64,000 bases of DNA from an uncultured delta proteobacterium (GTDB lineage Bacteria > Myxococcota_A > Polyangia > Polyangiales > B10-G4), in assembly GCA_963727445.1 (NCBI GenBank), contig CAVSGI010000006.1:730617-794616 (forward strand). The letters run 5' to 3'. The position numbers and the translations under genes were made by a program. Each line of letters begins with the position of its first letter. The stretch's first letter is position 1. The notes beneath the pieces were generated by a model. That model made no database searches, was not told the DNA's origin, and saw only the letters and a program-made list of their open reading frames with translations. Below, in pieces: positions 1 through 8,529 of the stretch.

Positions 1-1143
1 ACACTCACCGGCGCCGGTGATGAGCCGATCGACGTCGACGAGGAAGCACTCGCCGAGTTCATGCGCGAGCTCCGGAGCGTGCGCGCCACGGGCTATCAGG
101 AGGGCACACCGCCCTCGTCCCCATGGCTGATCCTCTCCTTCGTCGGCAGCGACGACGAGGTCGTCGAAGAGGTGCGCGTGGGACGTCCGAGCGCCACCGG
201 CCTGGTGGCGCAGCGCGGGGACGAGCCCGTCCTCGTGACGCTGGCGCCGGAAGCCGCCCAGGTGCTCACCATCGGAACCCTCCGCTTCCGCAGCCGCCGG
301 CTCGTCGAAGAAGACGGAGACGAGGCGACCCTGCTGGACGTCACGAAAGACGTCCGTCAAACGATGGAGCGCGACGACCTCTCGTGGCGCATGAGCGCGC
401 CCTTCGTCGCCGCCGCCGAGAGGCCGGTCGTCCGAGACGCCGTGCGCGAGGTGGCGAGCCTCGAGGCGGTGCGCTTCGTGTCGGAGAGCGCCACCGCGGC
501 GCAGGGACTCGGCCGCATCCGCGCCACCGTGCGCTTCGAGACCGGCGCTGGGGACGAGGAGCACGCCCACGAAGAGGAGGGCGGCGACGAGCCCGACCGG
601 CCCGAGCTCCGGAACGTGACCCTCGAGATCGGCGCGGATACGGACGATGGCGCCTTCGCGCGTCTCGAAGGCGACCCGGCGGTCTTCGTGGTGACCCACG
701 CGGTGGTCGATGCGCTGTCGGCCGATTTCGTCTCGCGCAGCGTCCTCGCCACCGAGCTCGATCAGATGGCTGGGATCACCATCGAGCGCGAGGGTCTGAG
801 CGCGACGCTCAGCAAGGAAGACGACGGATGGCACACCGCGGACGGGGGCATCGCCGATCGCGAGCGCACCCGGGCCCTGGCCGACGCGGTCGCCTTGTTG
901 CGGATCACGGAAGTCGCGGCCTACGGCGCGCCGCAGCCAGCCTTCGGCTTGTCCGCGCCCCGGGTGCGGGTGACCGTCCGCCGCCGCGCGTCGGCCGCGC
1001 CGCCGGAGAGCTACACGGTCGCCATCGGGGCCGAGGCGCCCGGCGAAGCCGCCCCGCGCACCTACGTCCGTCGCGAGGACCTCGCTGCCACCTTCCTCGT
1101 CCCGAGCGACCTGGTCGAGGTCTTCTCCACCTACACGCCCTGA
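1..1143 (+). CDS. DUF4340-domain protein, 5'-truncated by the window edge
   Basis: Frame 1 is open from base 1 to TGA 1141-1143. Repeated DUF4340-like segments (FGLSAPRVRVTV...VAIGAEA...TYVRRE...FLVP; LEIGADTDDGAFARLEGDPAVFVV). Confidence 0.65.
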   Translation, partial: TLTGAGDEPIDVDEEALAEFMRELRSVRATGYQEGTPPSSPWLILSFVGSDDEVVEEVRVGRPSATGLVAQRGDEPVLVTLAPEAAQVLTIGTLRFRSRRLVEEDGDEATLLDVTKDVRQTMERDDLSWRMSAPFVAAAERPVVRDAVREVASLEAVRFVSESATAAQGLGRIRATVRFETGAGDEEHAHEEEGGDEPDRPELRNVTLEIGADTDDGAFARLEGDPAVFVVTHAVVDALSADFVSRSVLATELDQMAGITIEREGLSATLSKEDDGWHTADGGIADRERTRALADAVALLRITEVAAYGAPQPAFGLSAPRVRVTVRRRASAAPPESYTVAIGAEAPGEAAPRTYVRREDLAATFLVPSDLVEVFSTYTP

Positions 1144-1149
1144 GGATCA

Positions 1150-1247
1150 GGGGACGCAAGATTGACAATTGACTTTCTCCCGGCCCCGCACGCTTCCGCC
1201 GATCCCCTTGGCGTTAGGAGAAAGTCAATTGTCAATCTTGCGTCCCC
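1150..1247. repeat. Perfect 31-bp inverted repeat with 36-bp spacer (REPIN/MITE-like element)
   Basis: GGGGACGCAAGATTGACAATTGACTTTCTCC (1150-1180) is the exact reverse complement of 1217-1247. It lies between convergent genes. Confidence 0.9.
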
Positions 1248-1797
1248 AAGCGCGCGCTGCCCACTCGGGGCTCACGTGTGCGCGGACGGCGCCGGCGGCC
1301 TTCTCCTGGGCGAAGCGAAGCGCGGCCATCATGGCACATTCGCCCGCGTCGAAGACGGCGGCCTGTGCGGCCTGAGTAGCCGCCATCGGCGCAACGGCCG
1401 GATCCTCGATCGCCGCCAGCGCCGCGAGGGCGGCCTGAGCCGCCGCCTGAACCGCAGGGTCGGGTGCCTCCGCGGAGAGCGCCTCGAGAGAGGCGCGCGC
1501 CCGGGCGACCTCGACCTCGTTTGCGCTTCCCTCGCTGAAGGCGTCGGCGACTCTCAGGGCTTCCTGCGCTCGCGTCTCGTCATCGGGGAGAAAGTCGAAG
1601 GCGGTGCGCGCCGCGGCCGCGGCCGCGCGCACCACGACCGTCGTCTCGGCGCCCAGGCGCACGGCGATGCCGAGGAGCCAATCCCCGCGCGGGCACAGAG
1701 CCCAGAGCTCAGCGACCTCCTCCGGGGCCTCGCGCGCCCAGCTCACGATGTCGTGATGCGCGCCGGCTTCTTGCAGCCAATCCGCGAACTCGCTCAG
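1225..1797 (-). CDS. Ala-rich helical protein, Imm5-like (putative immunity) family; start uncertain
   Basis: C-terminal part of ORF 1225..2100 has host-like codon usage and the pattern PDDETRAQEALRVADAFSEG...AAQAALAA. A CTG at 1797 overlaps the upstream stop (CTGA). Confidence 0.55.
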   Translation of the reverse strand: MSEFADWLQEAGAHHDIVSWAREAPEEVAELWALCPRGDWLLGIAVRLGAETTVVVRAAAAAARTAFDFLPDDETRAQEALRVADAFSEGSANEVEVARARASLEALSAEAPDPAVQAAAQAALAALAAIEDPAVAPMAATQAAQAAVFDAGECAMMAALRFAQEKAAGAVRAHVSPEWAARAWGRKIDN

Positions 1798-2429
1798 GAG
1801 TCGTCGCCCTCGGCCGCCGGCGCGGGCTCGAGCGTCTCGTGTCCGCGGTACTCGAGCAGGCCGTTGGAGATGTTGAAGCCCGTGCCGCTGATCCGCGCGA
1901 AGCGACCGCTGACTTTGACCTTGGCGCCGACGTTGAAGTCCGTCGGGATCGGAAGCATGCCCGACTCGGGATCGACCTCGAGGGGATGGCCCCGCTCCGC
2001 CGCTTCGACGGCCTCGTCGATCTGCGTCTGGTTCTCCGCGTAACCCACGACGGTCAGCCGCTTGGTCGCGTCCGACTCTTCCTGGGTGTCGGCGATCCAC
2101 ATGTGCGGGGCCGTGGCCGGCGGACAGTTCTCTTCATCCGGGCACTCCGGCGGCACGTAGACCTCGACGATGTAGCCAGTGACTTCGAGCTCGGTGTTGA
2201 TGGTGTTCGCCAACCGATGGCGCACGCCATAGACGCTGTAGCTCGAGTCGCCGTACTGCACCGGGAACGGCGGCGGCGGCAGCGTGGGCACCGCCGGCAG
2301 GTTCGGCTGAACGTCCGGGAGTCGCTCGATGGTGAGGTCCTCCGCGGGCTGCGGTCCGCAGCCGAGGGCCCACGACGACAGGCCCGAGATCAAAGACAGC
2401 GTGGTCAGCGCGCGAAGCGTGCGATTCAT
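1794..2429 (-). CDS. Hypothetical lipoprotein
   Basis: Signal peptide with lipobox ALGC, Pro-rich linker, CPDEENC Cys pair, beta-rich C-terminal domain. Confidence 0.75.
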   Translation of the reverse strand: MNRTLRALTTLSLISGLSSWALGCGPQPAEDLTIERLPDVQPNLPAVPTLPPPPFPVQYGDSSYSVYGVRHRLANTINTELEVTGYIVEVYVPPECPDEENCPPATAPHMWIADTQEESDATKRLTVVGYAENQTQIDEAVEAAERGHPLEVDPESGMLPIPTDFNVGAKVKVSGRFARISGTGFNISNGLLEYRGHETLEPAPAAEGDDS

Positions 2430-2561
2430 CGTCTAGTTCCCCGTCCTTGGCCCCGAATGGGCGCGGGTCGGACCCTAACACGGGCCGCTTTCTGAGGAGA
2501 AGTCCCAGATTCCCCCAAGAGCCGATCCGCCCGATCCGCCGCGGGAGGTCTCCGGATCGGC

Positions 2562-4955
2562 TCAATTTTCTGGGGCGGCGGCTTCACAGCGGCTCTCGTG
2601 GCGCTGGGCCTCGACGGCCGCGGCCCGAATGGCCCCCGCGGTGGTGGGGCGGGTGGCGCTCCGAATCGCCGCCTGGGCGTCCTCGCCCCCGATCTCGCCG
2701 AGGGCGCGGACCGCCAGGACCGCCGAATCCACATCGGGTGCCCAGGCGTCGGGGCGCATCCCGCGCCGCAGGACGGCGACGATGGGCTCCACCAGCTCGG
2801 GGAGACAGAGCGCGCGGGCGTACTCGAGCGCCGACTCCACCACCTCTGGCCACTCGTCCTCGTCTTCGAGGCGCGCGCGCACCTCGCTCACGGCGCCCCG
2901 GTCGCCCCCAGCGGTCAGCGCCCGCACGGCGCCCGCTCGCACCACCTGCGCCGGGTCCGTGAGCGCAGCCCTCAGGATCGGGCGCGCCTCGCGGTTGTCG
3001 GCGAGCGCTTCGGTCGCCGCGGCGCGCACCATGGGCCAAGGGTCGCGGCGCGCGAGGGTGGCGACCGCGCGCAGGGTCCCCCGCCGGCCAGCGAGGACGC
3101 GGGCGGCGGTCGCGCGAACGCGCGGGTAGGGGTCTTCGAGGGCGCGCGCGGCGGCAGCGTCGAGCGCGTCCGCGCCTCGTTCGTGAAGCGCCGCCAGCGC
3201 TTCGCCGCGGAGCATCCACTCCTCGGAATCCTCGGTGAGCGACGCGAGCCATCGATCCACCCGCGCTTCGCTCGACAGCGCCGCCGCGGCCTTGACCAGG
3301 CGGTAGCGATCTTCGAAGCGCTCGGCGCGCGGCGCAGCGGCGCTCACCAGGGCGCTCGCGAGGGGCGCGGCGCCGGGGACCGTCGAAAGGGCCAGGGCCA
3401 CCGACGCCGCTGGACCGGGCGCCGCGTGCGCGCCCCAGGTGCGGAAGCGCTCGCGCACCTCCGCATCGCCGTTGCGATAGGCGCTGCGGATGGCGCGGCG
3501 CAGGGCCGCGCGCTCCGTGCCCCCTTCGGCGTCGATGGCGCGCAGGACGGCGGGCGCCGCCTCGGCGGGCGCGAGATCGGCGAGCACCACGGCCGCGGCG
3601 TCGCCGGCATCGCTCGCCACCTGGGAGAGCTCCGCCAGCGCGGGCCGCGCCGCGTCCCCGGCCGACACCAGCGCGGCCACGGCCGCCTCGCGCACCTCGG
3701 CGTCGTCGTCGGCGGCCGCCGAGACCAGCGCCTCGAGGGCCGGCGGGTGCGCGGAGTGCGCAGCGAGGATGCGGAGCGCGCGACGGCGGCCGGTTGGGGT
3801 GAGTGTCGGCCATGCGACGAGGATCGCGTCGCGACCGACCTCGCCGGTGCGCGCGAGCAGGTCGGCTGCGCGCGCGCCGCGCGCGCCGTCGGCGACGATC
3901 TCTTCGACGAGGTGTTCGACGCCTCGTCCGAAGTCGAGGCCGGTGTAGGGGATCACGTCGGCGAGGCCGACCGCGCCCGCGGCGCCGGCGTCGTCGAGGA
4001 CGATCGAGACGCAGTGCCACTCGAGGGGCTCTTCGGGGACGATCCACAGCGGCACGCCGGCAGGCGCGTCGGCGGGCACCGTGACTTTGAAGCGTGGCCC
4101 TTCGTCCCCGACGAGCCAGAAATGAGAAGGACGCACGATGGGCGCTTGGGCGAGGACGACGGCGAACGCGTGGATGTCGCCGTCGCGACCCCGCGCCGTG
4201 GCGAACTCCCACCGGCCGGCGCCGCCGCGGCCTTCGGCCCAGTAGGTCGCGGGGTCGCCGTCGCCGAGGCCCACGGGAGGCGACAGGAGCGTGGGATCGC
4301 TGTCGCCCCCGACGGCGCTCGACGCCTGGGTGAAAGCCAGGCCGCCCAAGAGAGGCGGGCCCTCGGGACCGGGGCTCTCGGTGCTCAGCGTGACCTCGAG
4401 CTCGGGTGCCCCCTCGGGCAGACGCCGGAGCTCCACCGGCCGAAGGGCGCCGCTCGCGGGATCGACGGCGCGCGGGTCGAGGAGCGTCGACGCCTCGCCG
4501 CAGACGCGGGTGGAGTCGAGGTAGAGCCCCACCACCACGTCGGCGACGCCATCGCCCGTGCGGTCTCCGACCTCGATCGCCCCACGCCGGCGCTCGCCGA
4601 TTTCGCCGCGCGGATCGAGGCGATCGGACCAGAGCACGACGGGCGCGCCCCGCGCTTCACTGACGAGGACGGCGGCGGAGCGCTCCGCGCCCTCGACCCG
4701 AACGACGGTGACCGAACGTCCGCCCGCCAAGGTATGCGTCTGCACGTCGCTCTCGGTCGCGTTCGGCACGCTCAGCGTTTCGCTCACGCTTCGGCCGCCC
4801 GCACGTGCACGTACCTCGGTGCCTTCGTCGTCCGTGGTGATCCGAATGCTCACACGTCGGCCGCGTCCGATCCGTCCCAACGCATTCGTTGGAAGGTCTT
4901 GGGCGAAAGCGGTGTTGGGGGCGAGTGCGAGAGCGATGGCGAGCGCGAGCCGCAT
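2562..4955 (-). CDS. Secreted protein with discoidin-like segment and C-terminal HEAT repeats
   Basis: Signal peptide MRLALAIALALAPNTAFA. LGDGDPATYW motif. HEAT-like repeats (DDDAEVREAAVAAL, DPYPRVRATAARVL, DPWPMVRAAATEAL, DPAQVVRAGAVRAL). Confidence 0.75.
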   Translation of the reverse strand: MRLALAIALALAPNTAFAQDLPTNALGRIGRGRRVSIRITTDDEGTEVRARAGGRSVSETLSVPNATESDVQTHTLAGGRSVTVVRVEGAERSAAVLVSEARGAPVVLWSDRLDPRGEIGERRRGAIEVGDRTGDGVADVVVGLYLDSTRVCGEASTLLDPRAVDPASGALRPVELRRLPEGAPELEVTLSTESPGPEGPPLLGGLAFTQASSAVGGDSDPTLLSPPVGLGDGDPATYWAEGRGGAGRWEFATARGRDGDIHAFAVVLAQAPIVRPSHFWLVGDEGPRFKVTVPADAPAGVPLWIVPEEPLEWHCVSIVLDDAGAAGAVGLADVIPYTGLDFGRGVEHLVEEIVADGARGARAADLLARTGEVGRDAILVAWPTLTPTGRRRALRILAAHSAHPPALEALVSAAADDDAEVREAAVAALVSAGDAARPALAELSQVASDAGDAAAVVLADLAPAEAAPAVLRAIDAEGGTERAALRRAIRSAYRNGDAEVRERFRTWGAHAAPGPAASVALALSTVPGAAPLASALVSAAAPRAERFEDRYRLVKAAAALSSEARVDRWLASLTEDSEEWMLRGEALAALHERGADALDAAAARALEDPYPRVRATAARVLAGRRGTLRAVATLARRDPWPMVRAAATEALADNREARPILRAALTDPAQVVRAGAVRALTAGGDRGAVSEVRARLEDEDEWPEVVESALEYARALCLPELVEPIVAVLRRGMRPDAWAPDVDSAVLAVRALGEIGGEDAQAAIRSATRPTTAGAIRAAAVEAQRHESRCEAAAPEN

Positions 4956-5070
4956 GTCGGGCGACGGTATCCTCCTCCCCGGTGTGCAAAAAGCCCTCAG
5001 GGACAAACCGCGACATGGATGTCAGGGGTTGGGGCGGATTTGCACGGCCACGAGACTTCGGCTTGACCCT

Positions 5071-5086
5071 TGGCACGAATTGAGCT
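5071..5086 (+). promoter_or_regulatory. Candidate sigma54 (-24/-12) promoter
   Basis: TGGCACGAATTGAGCT has the TGGCAC -24 box and exact GG-N10-GC spacing, upstream of the sigma factor gene. Confidence 0.5.
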
Positions 5087-5657
5087 AGGCAGCGCGCCCT
5101 TCGCCACTGGCATGGCCACCTGCCTGGCGGCTCTGATAGCCACCGAGCTTTCTCACAGCCGCCGGGTGAACGGGAGGTCTTCGCCGAGAAACCGAAGGGA
5201 AGGTTGGTCGCTGCACCATCGAATGCTGGGAGCCTGGAACGCTCGTTGCTCCATCCTCGAGGCGCCTTCGCCAACCGAATCCCGGCCTCCAATCGAGGCC
5301 TGATCCAGGAGCGATTTCCACGTCATAGGCCGCGAAACGTGAGAAGTCGCTCATCGACCCAGACCGCCCCTGCAAAAGTCACCAACCAGCCCCATAGTAG
5401 GCCCCATGCAGTCCTCGAAATCCAGCCGTACCCGCGCTCCGAAGCGCAAAATCAACTCTCGCCGATCGGGGACGAAGACGAGCTCTGGGACCAAAGCTCG
5501 CGGCACGGTACGTGCTTCTAATTCACGCACTTCGGCGCGTCGCACCAGCCCCCGTGTGGGGAACGATAAAGAGCGGTCAGCCGTTGTTCCGACACCGAGC
5601 CCCAAGAGCTCGAAGAAGACGACCACGACGAAACGGACCACACGGAGGCGCGTCAGC

Positions 5658-6944
5658 ATGGCAAAGCGCGTAGCGACCGCGAAGAAGGCCGAGCCGGAAA
5701 AGGCTCAGCCCGAGGTCAAGAAGACCACGGCCGACAAGGCCAAGACCGAAAAGAAGACCACCGGCGGCGGAGGTGACTCGACCCTCTCCCGCTACTTCCG
5801 GGAGATGGCGTCTCATCGCGTCCTGACCCCTCAAGAGGAGATCGAGGCGGCCCGCGAGGTCGAGCGTTTGGAGATCGCGTACTGGGAGACTTTGCTCTCC
5901 TATCCCCCCGTCTACGAGACCATCGCCTGCATCCTCGACGTTCACGTACCGGAGGACGAGCCGATCGCCGAGCTCGCCACGCTCCGCAAGCTCGCCAAGA
6001 ACGTCAAGCGCGGCAAGCTCTCGAAGCGCTCCCAGACCAAGTGGGACAAGACCGTCGTCACGGCCTCGGAGAAGCTTCGCGCCGCGGACAGCGATCGCAT
6101 CTTCGTCCAGGAGTCCGACCGCGCCGTCCATCGCCTCGCCGGCCGTTATGCCGAAGAGCGCGACATCGTGGGCGACGAGGTGCGCGTCACCCAGGCCTTC
6201 CGCGGCTACCTCACCAAGGTCCGTCGGGCTCGCCACGCGCAGCTGGGCGCGAAGAACCGCTTCGTCGCGGCGAACCTGCGCCTCGTGGTCTCGATCGCGC
6301 GTCGCTACAATCGCGGTCGGCTTCCCCTCATCGACCTGATTCAGGAAGGCAACATCGGCCTGATGAAGGCGGTCGAGCGCTTCGATCACAACCGCGGCTA
6401 CCGCTTCAGCACCTACGCCTCGTGGTGGATCCGTCACGCGATCAGCCGCGCCCTCGCCGACAAGGGCCGCGCCGTTCGCATCCCGGTCCACATGCTCGAC
6501 ACCTACAACCGCGTCGCGCGCGCCACCCAGGCGATCGCGACCCGCACCGGCAAGCAGCCGACGCCGGAGGAGCTCGAGCAGGAGACGGGCATCGCCGCCG
6601 AGAAGCTCGAGAAGATCAAGGGCTACTGGGCCGAGACGCCGTTCTCTCTCGACCGTCCCGTCAACGACGAGGACGGCCGGAAGTTCATCGACTTCCTCGA
6701 AGAGGAGAACACCCCGAGCCCCTACGAGACGCTGGCCAACCAGCGCTGGGGTGAAGAGGTTCGCCGTCTGCTCGACACGCTCACGCCGATGGAGGCCCGC
6801 ATCCTGCGCTGGCGCTTCGGCCTCGACGACGAGGACGAGCTCACGCTCAAGGAGATCGGCGACAAGTACAACCTCTCCCGCGAGCGCATCCGTCAGCTCC
6901 AGGAGCAGGCGCTGGCGAAGATCCGGCGGCAGATCAAGGAGTGA
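5658..6944 (+). CDS. RNA polymerase sigma70 factor, RpoD/RpoS-like without region 1.1; alternative start 5406
   Basis: Region 1.2 ([19 protein letters not shown]), region 2 ([41 protein letters not shown]) and region 4.2 (TLKEIG...SRERIRQ). GGAGG lies 9 nt before ATG 5658. Confidence 0.95.
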   Translation: MAKRVATAKKAEPEKAQPEVKKTTADKAKTEKKTTGGGGDSTLSRYFREMASHRVLTPQEEIEAAREVERLEIAYWETLLSYPPVYETIACILDVHVPEDEPIAELATLRKLAKNVKRGKLSKRSQTKWDKTVVTASEKLRAADSDRIFVQESDRAVHRLAGRYAEERDIVGDEVRVTQAFRGYLTKVRRARHAQLGAKNRFVAANLRLVVSIARRYNRGRLPLIDLIQEGNIGLMKAVERFDHNRGYRFSTYASWWIRHAISRALADKGRAVRIPVHMLDTYNRVARATQAIATRTGKQPTPEELEQETGIAAEKLEKIKGYWAETPFSLDRPVNDEDGRKFIDFLEEENTPSPYETLANQRWGEEVRRLLDTLTPMEARILRWRFGLDDEDELTLKEIGDKYNLSRERIRQLQEQALAKIRRQIKE

Positions 6945-6969
6945 GCTCTCGAGCCGCTGACGTACGAAG

Positions 6970-7005
6970 GAAGGCCGGCCCCGAGGGGTCGGCCTTCGGC
7001 GTTTT
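6970..7005 (+). terminator. Intrinsic terminator between convergent genes
   Basis: GAAGGCCGGCCCC-GA-GGGGTCGGCCTTC stem followed by GGCGTTTT. Confidence 0.7.
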
Positions 7006-7023
7006 GACTGGATCGCGAGCCGG

Positions 7024-8496
7024 TCAGCGGTACAGGTCGTCGGCGAGGGCGCGCACCAGGTCGTCGGCCATGTTTCGCGCCAGACCCTGGCGACCGCGGA
7101 TGCCGTTGGCGAGGACGCTGAAGGCGTAGACCTTGCTGGGATCGGGGCCGAGGACGAAGCCCGAAAGGGCGATCACGTCGTTGAGGGTGCCGGTCTTGGC
7201 CCGGACGATGCCCGGCACGGGCAGGTTCGTCAGGCGCCGCGACAGCGTTCCGTCGCGGCCGCCGACCGAGAGTTGGGCCAGGAACTCGGAGCGGATGTTG
7301 GGTGTTTGGTAGACGTGACTGAGGAGCGCCGTCACGTGCGAAGCCGCGATCTGATTGCCGTCGAAGAGACCCGAGCCGTTCACGATGGTGGCGCGGCCCT
7401 CGGGGACGCCGGCGTCTCGCAGCACTTCTTGCAGGACCTCGGCCCCGCGCGCCGTGGTGCCGGGACGGGCGCGCTCGGCGCCGAGAACCTTGATGACCAT
7501 CTCGGCGGTGTAGTTGTCGCTCACCTTGCCCATGGCGTGGATGACCTCGGAGAGCGGCGGCGAGGTGCGCGAGGTGATGAGCGGCGTTCCGGCGGGCGTC
7601 TCGCCGATGCGCACCCGGCCCGACGCTTCGATGCCCGCGCGCTCGAGGGCGGCCACCATGCAATGGCCAGCGTAGCTGATCGGGTTTTCGACGCGGCGCC
7701 GATAACCGACGCCGAGGATGCCAGTGGGGATGGTGCCGCTCAGCCGCAGCGTCATCTGAGGCCCGTCTCCCCGCTGGTCGGCGATGACGTTGGGGGCGCC
7801 CCCTTCGCTCGTGGTGATCTGGTTGTCGACGTCGAAGTAGCCGTCGCAACCGAGTCGCACGCGGGCCGGCGCGCCGACGCTTGCGCCGGGGATCACCCGC
7901 AGGACGTAGGAGCTTCGCTCGACCGACGCGGCGGCGATGGCGGCGCGGAAGGAGGCGACCTCGTTCGGCTGCTGCTCGAAAGCGGGGGGCAGCAGCTGAT
8001 CGTCGAAGTAGGTGCCGTCGACGATCACCGTCCCGACGCGCGTCACGCCGCGATCCTCGAGGGCCTCGGCCAGCTCCACCAGGTCGCTCATGCGGAGCGT
8101 CGGATCGCCGAAGCCGCGAAGCACCAGATCCTGCACCCGGTTTCCTTCGACGCGGCCATAGAGGCCGGTGAGCATCGTGAAGTCGGGGCCGAGCGTGAGC
8201 AGCGCTCCGGCGGCGGTCACGATCTTCATGTTCGAAGCGGGGTTGAGCGGCAGGTCCTTGTGCGAGGCGAAGACCTCTCGACCGCTCATGGCGTCGACCA
8301 CGTGGATGCCGATCCGGTCGCCGAGCCCCGCCTCGTCCACGATGCCGCGCAGGCGCGAGGGCAGGGGGGCGGTCTCCTGCGCCGCGCTCGGCGCGTAGGT
8401 GGTCGCGACCGCGGTCAGCGCGAAGGAGAGGGCGACGGCGACCGCGCTCAGGCGGCTCGGTCTCGGGCCCGTCCCAGACTCTTTTGGGGCACGCAT
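7024..8496 (-). CDS. dacB: D-alanyl-D-alanine carboxypeptidase/endopeptidase (PBP4, peptidase S13)
   Basis: PASNMK (SxxK), GFGDPTL, SDN (SxN), NGSGL and AKTGTL motifs, plus an N-terminal hydrophobic segment. Confidence 0.93.
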   Translation of the reverse strand: MRAPKESGTGPRPSRLSAVAVALSFALTAVATTYAPSAAQETAPLPSRLRGIVDEAGLGDRIGIHVVDAMSGREVFASHKDLPLNPASNMKIVTAAGALLTLGPDFTMLTGLYGRVEGNRVQDLVLRGFGDPTLRMSDLVELAEALEDRGVTRVGTVIVDGTYFDDQLLPPAFEQQPNEVASFRAAIAAASVERSSYVLRVIPGASVGAPARVRLGCDGYFDVDNQITTSEGGAPNVIADQRGDGPQMTLRLSGTIPTGILGVGYRRRVENPISYAGHCMVAALERAGIEASGRVRIGETPAGTPLITSRTSPPLSEVIHAMGKVSDNYTAEMVIKVLGAERARPGTTARGAEVLQEVLRDAGVPEGRATIVNGSGLFDGNQIAASHVTALLSHVYQTPNIRSEFLAQLSVGGRDGTLSRRLTNLPVPGIVRAKTGTLNDVIALSGFVLGPDPSKVYAFSVLANGIRGRQGLARNMADDLVRALADDLYR

Positions 8497-8529
8497 GCGG
8501 CGGAAGCTATCACGCGAGCGCCAGCGATT

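Noticed and set aside
1150..1247. CRISPR repeat-spacer unit (31-bp repeat, 36-bp spacer)
   Set aside because: The two copies are inverted rather than direct, there are only two, and no cas genes are present.
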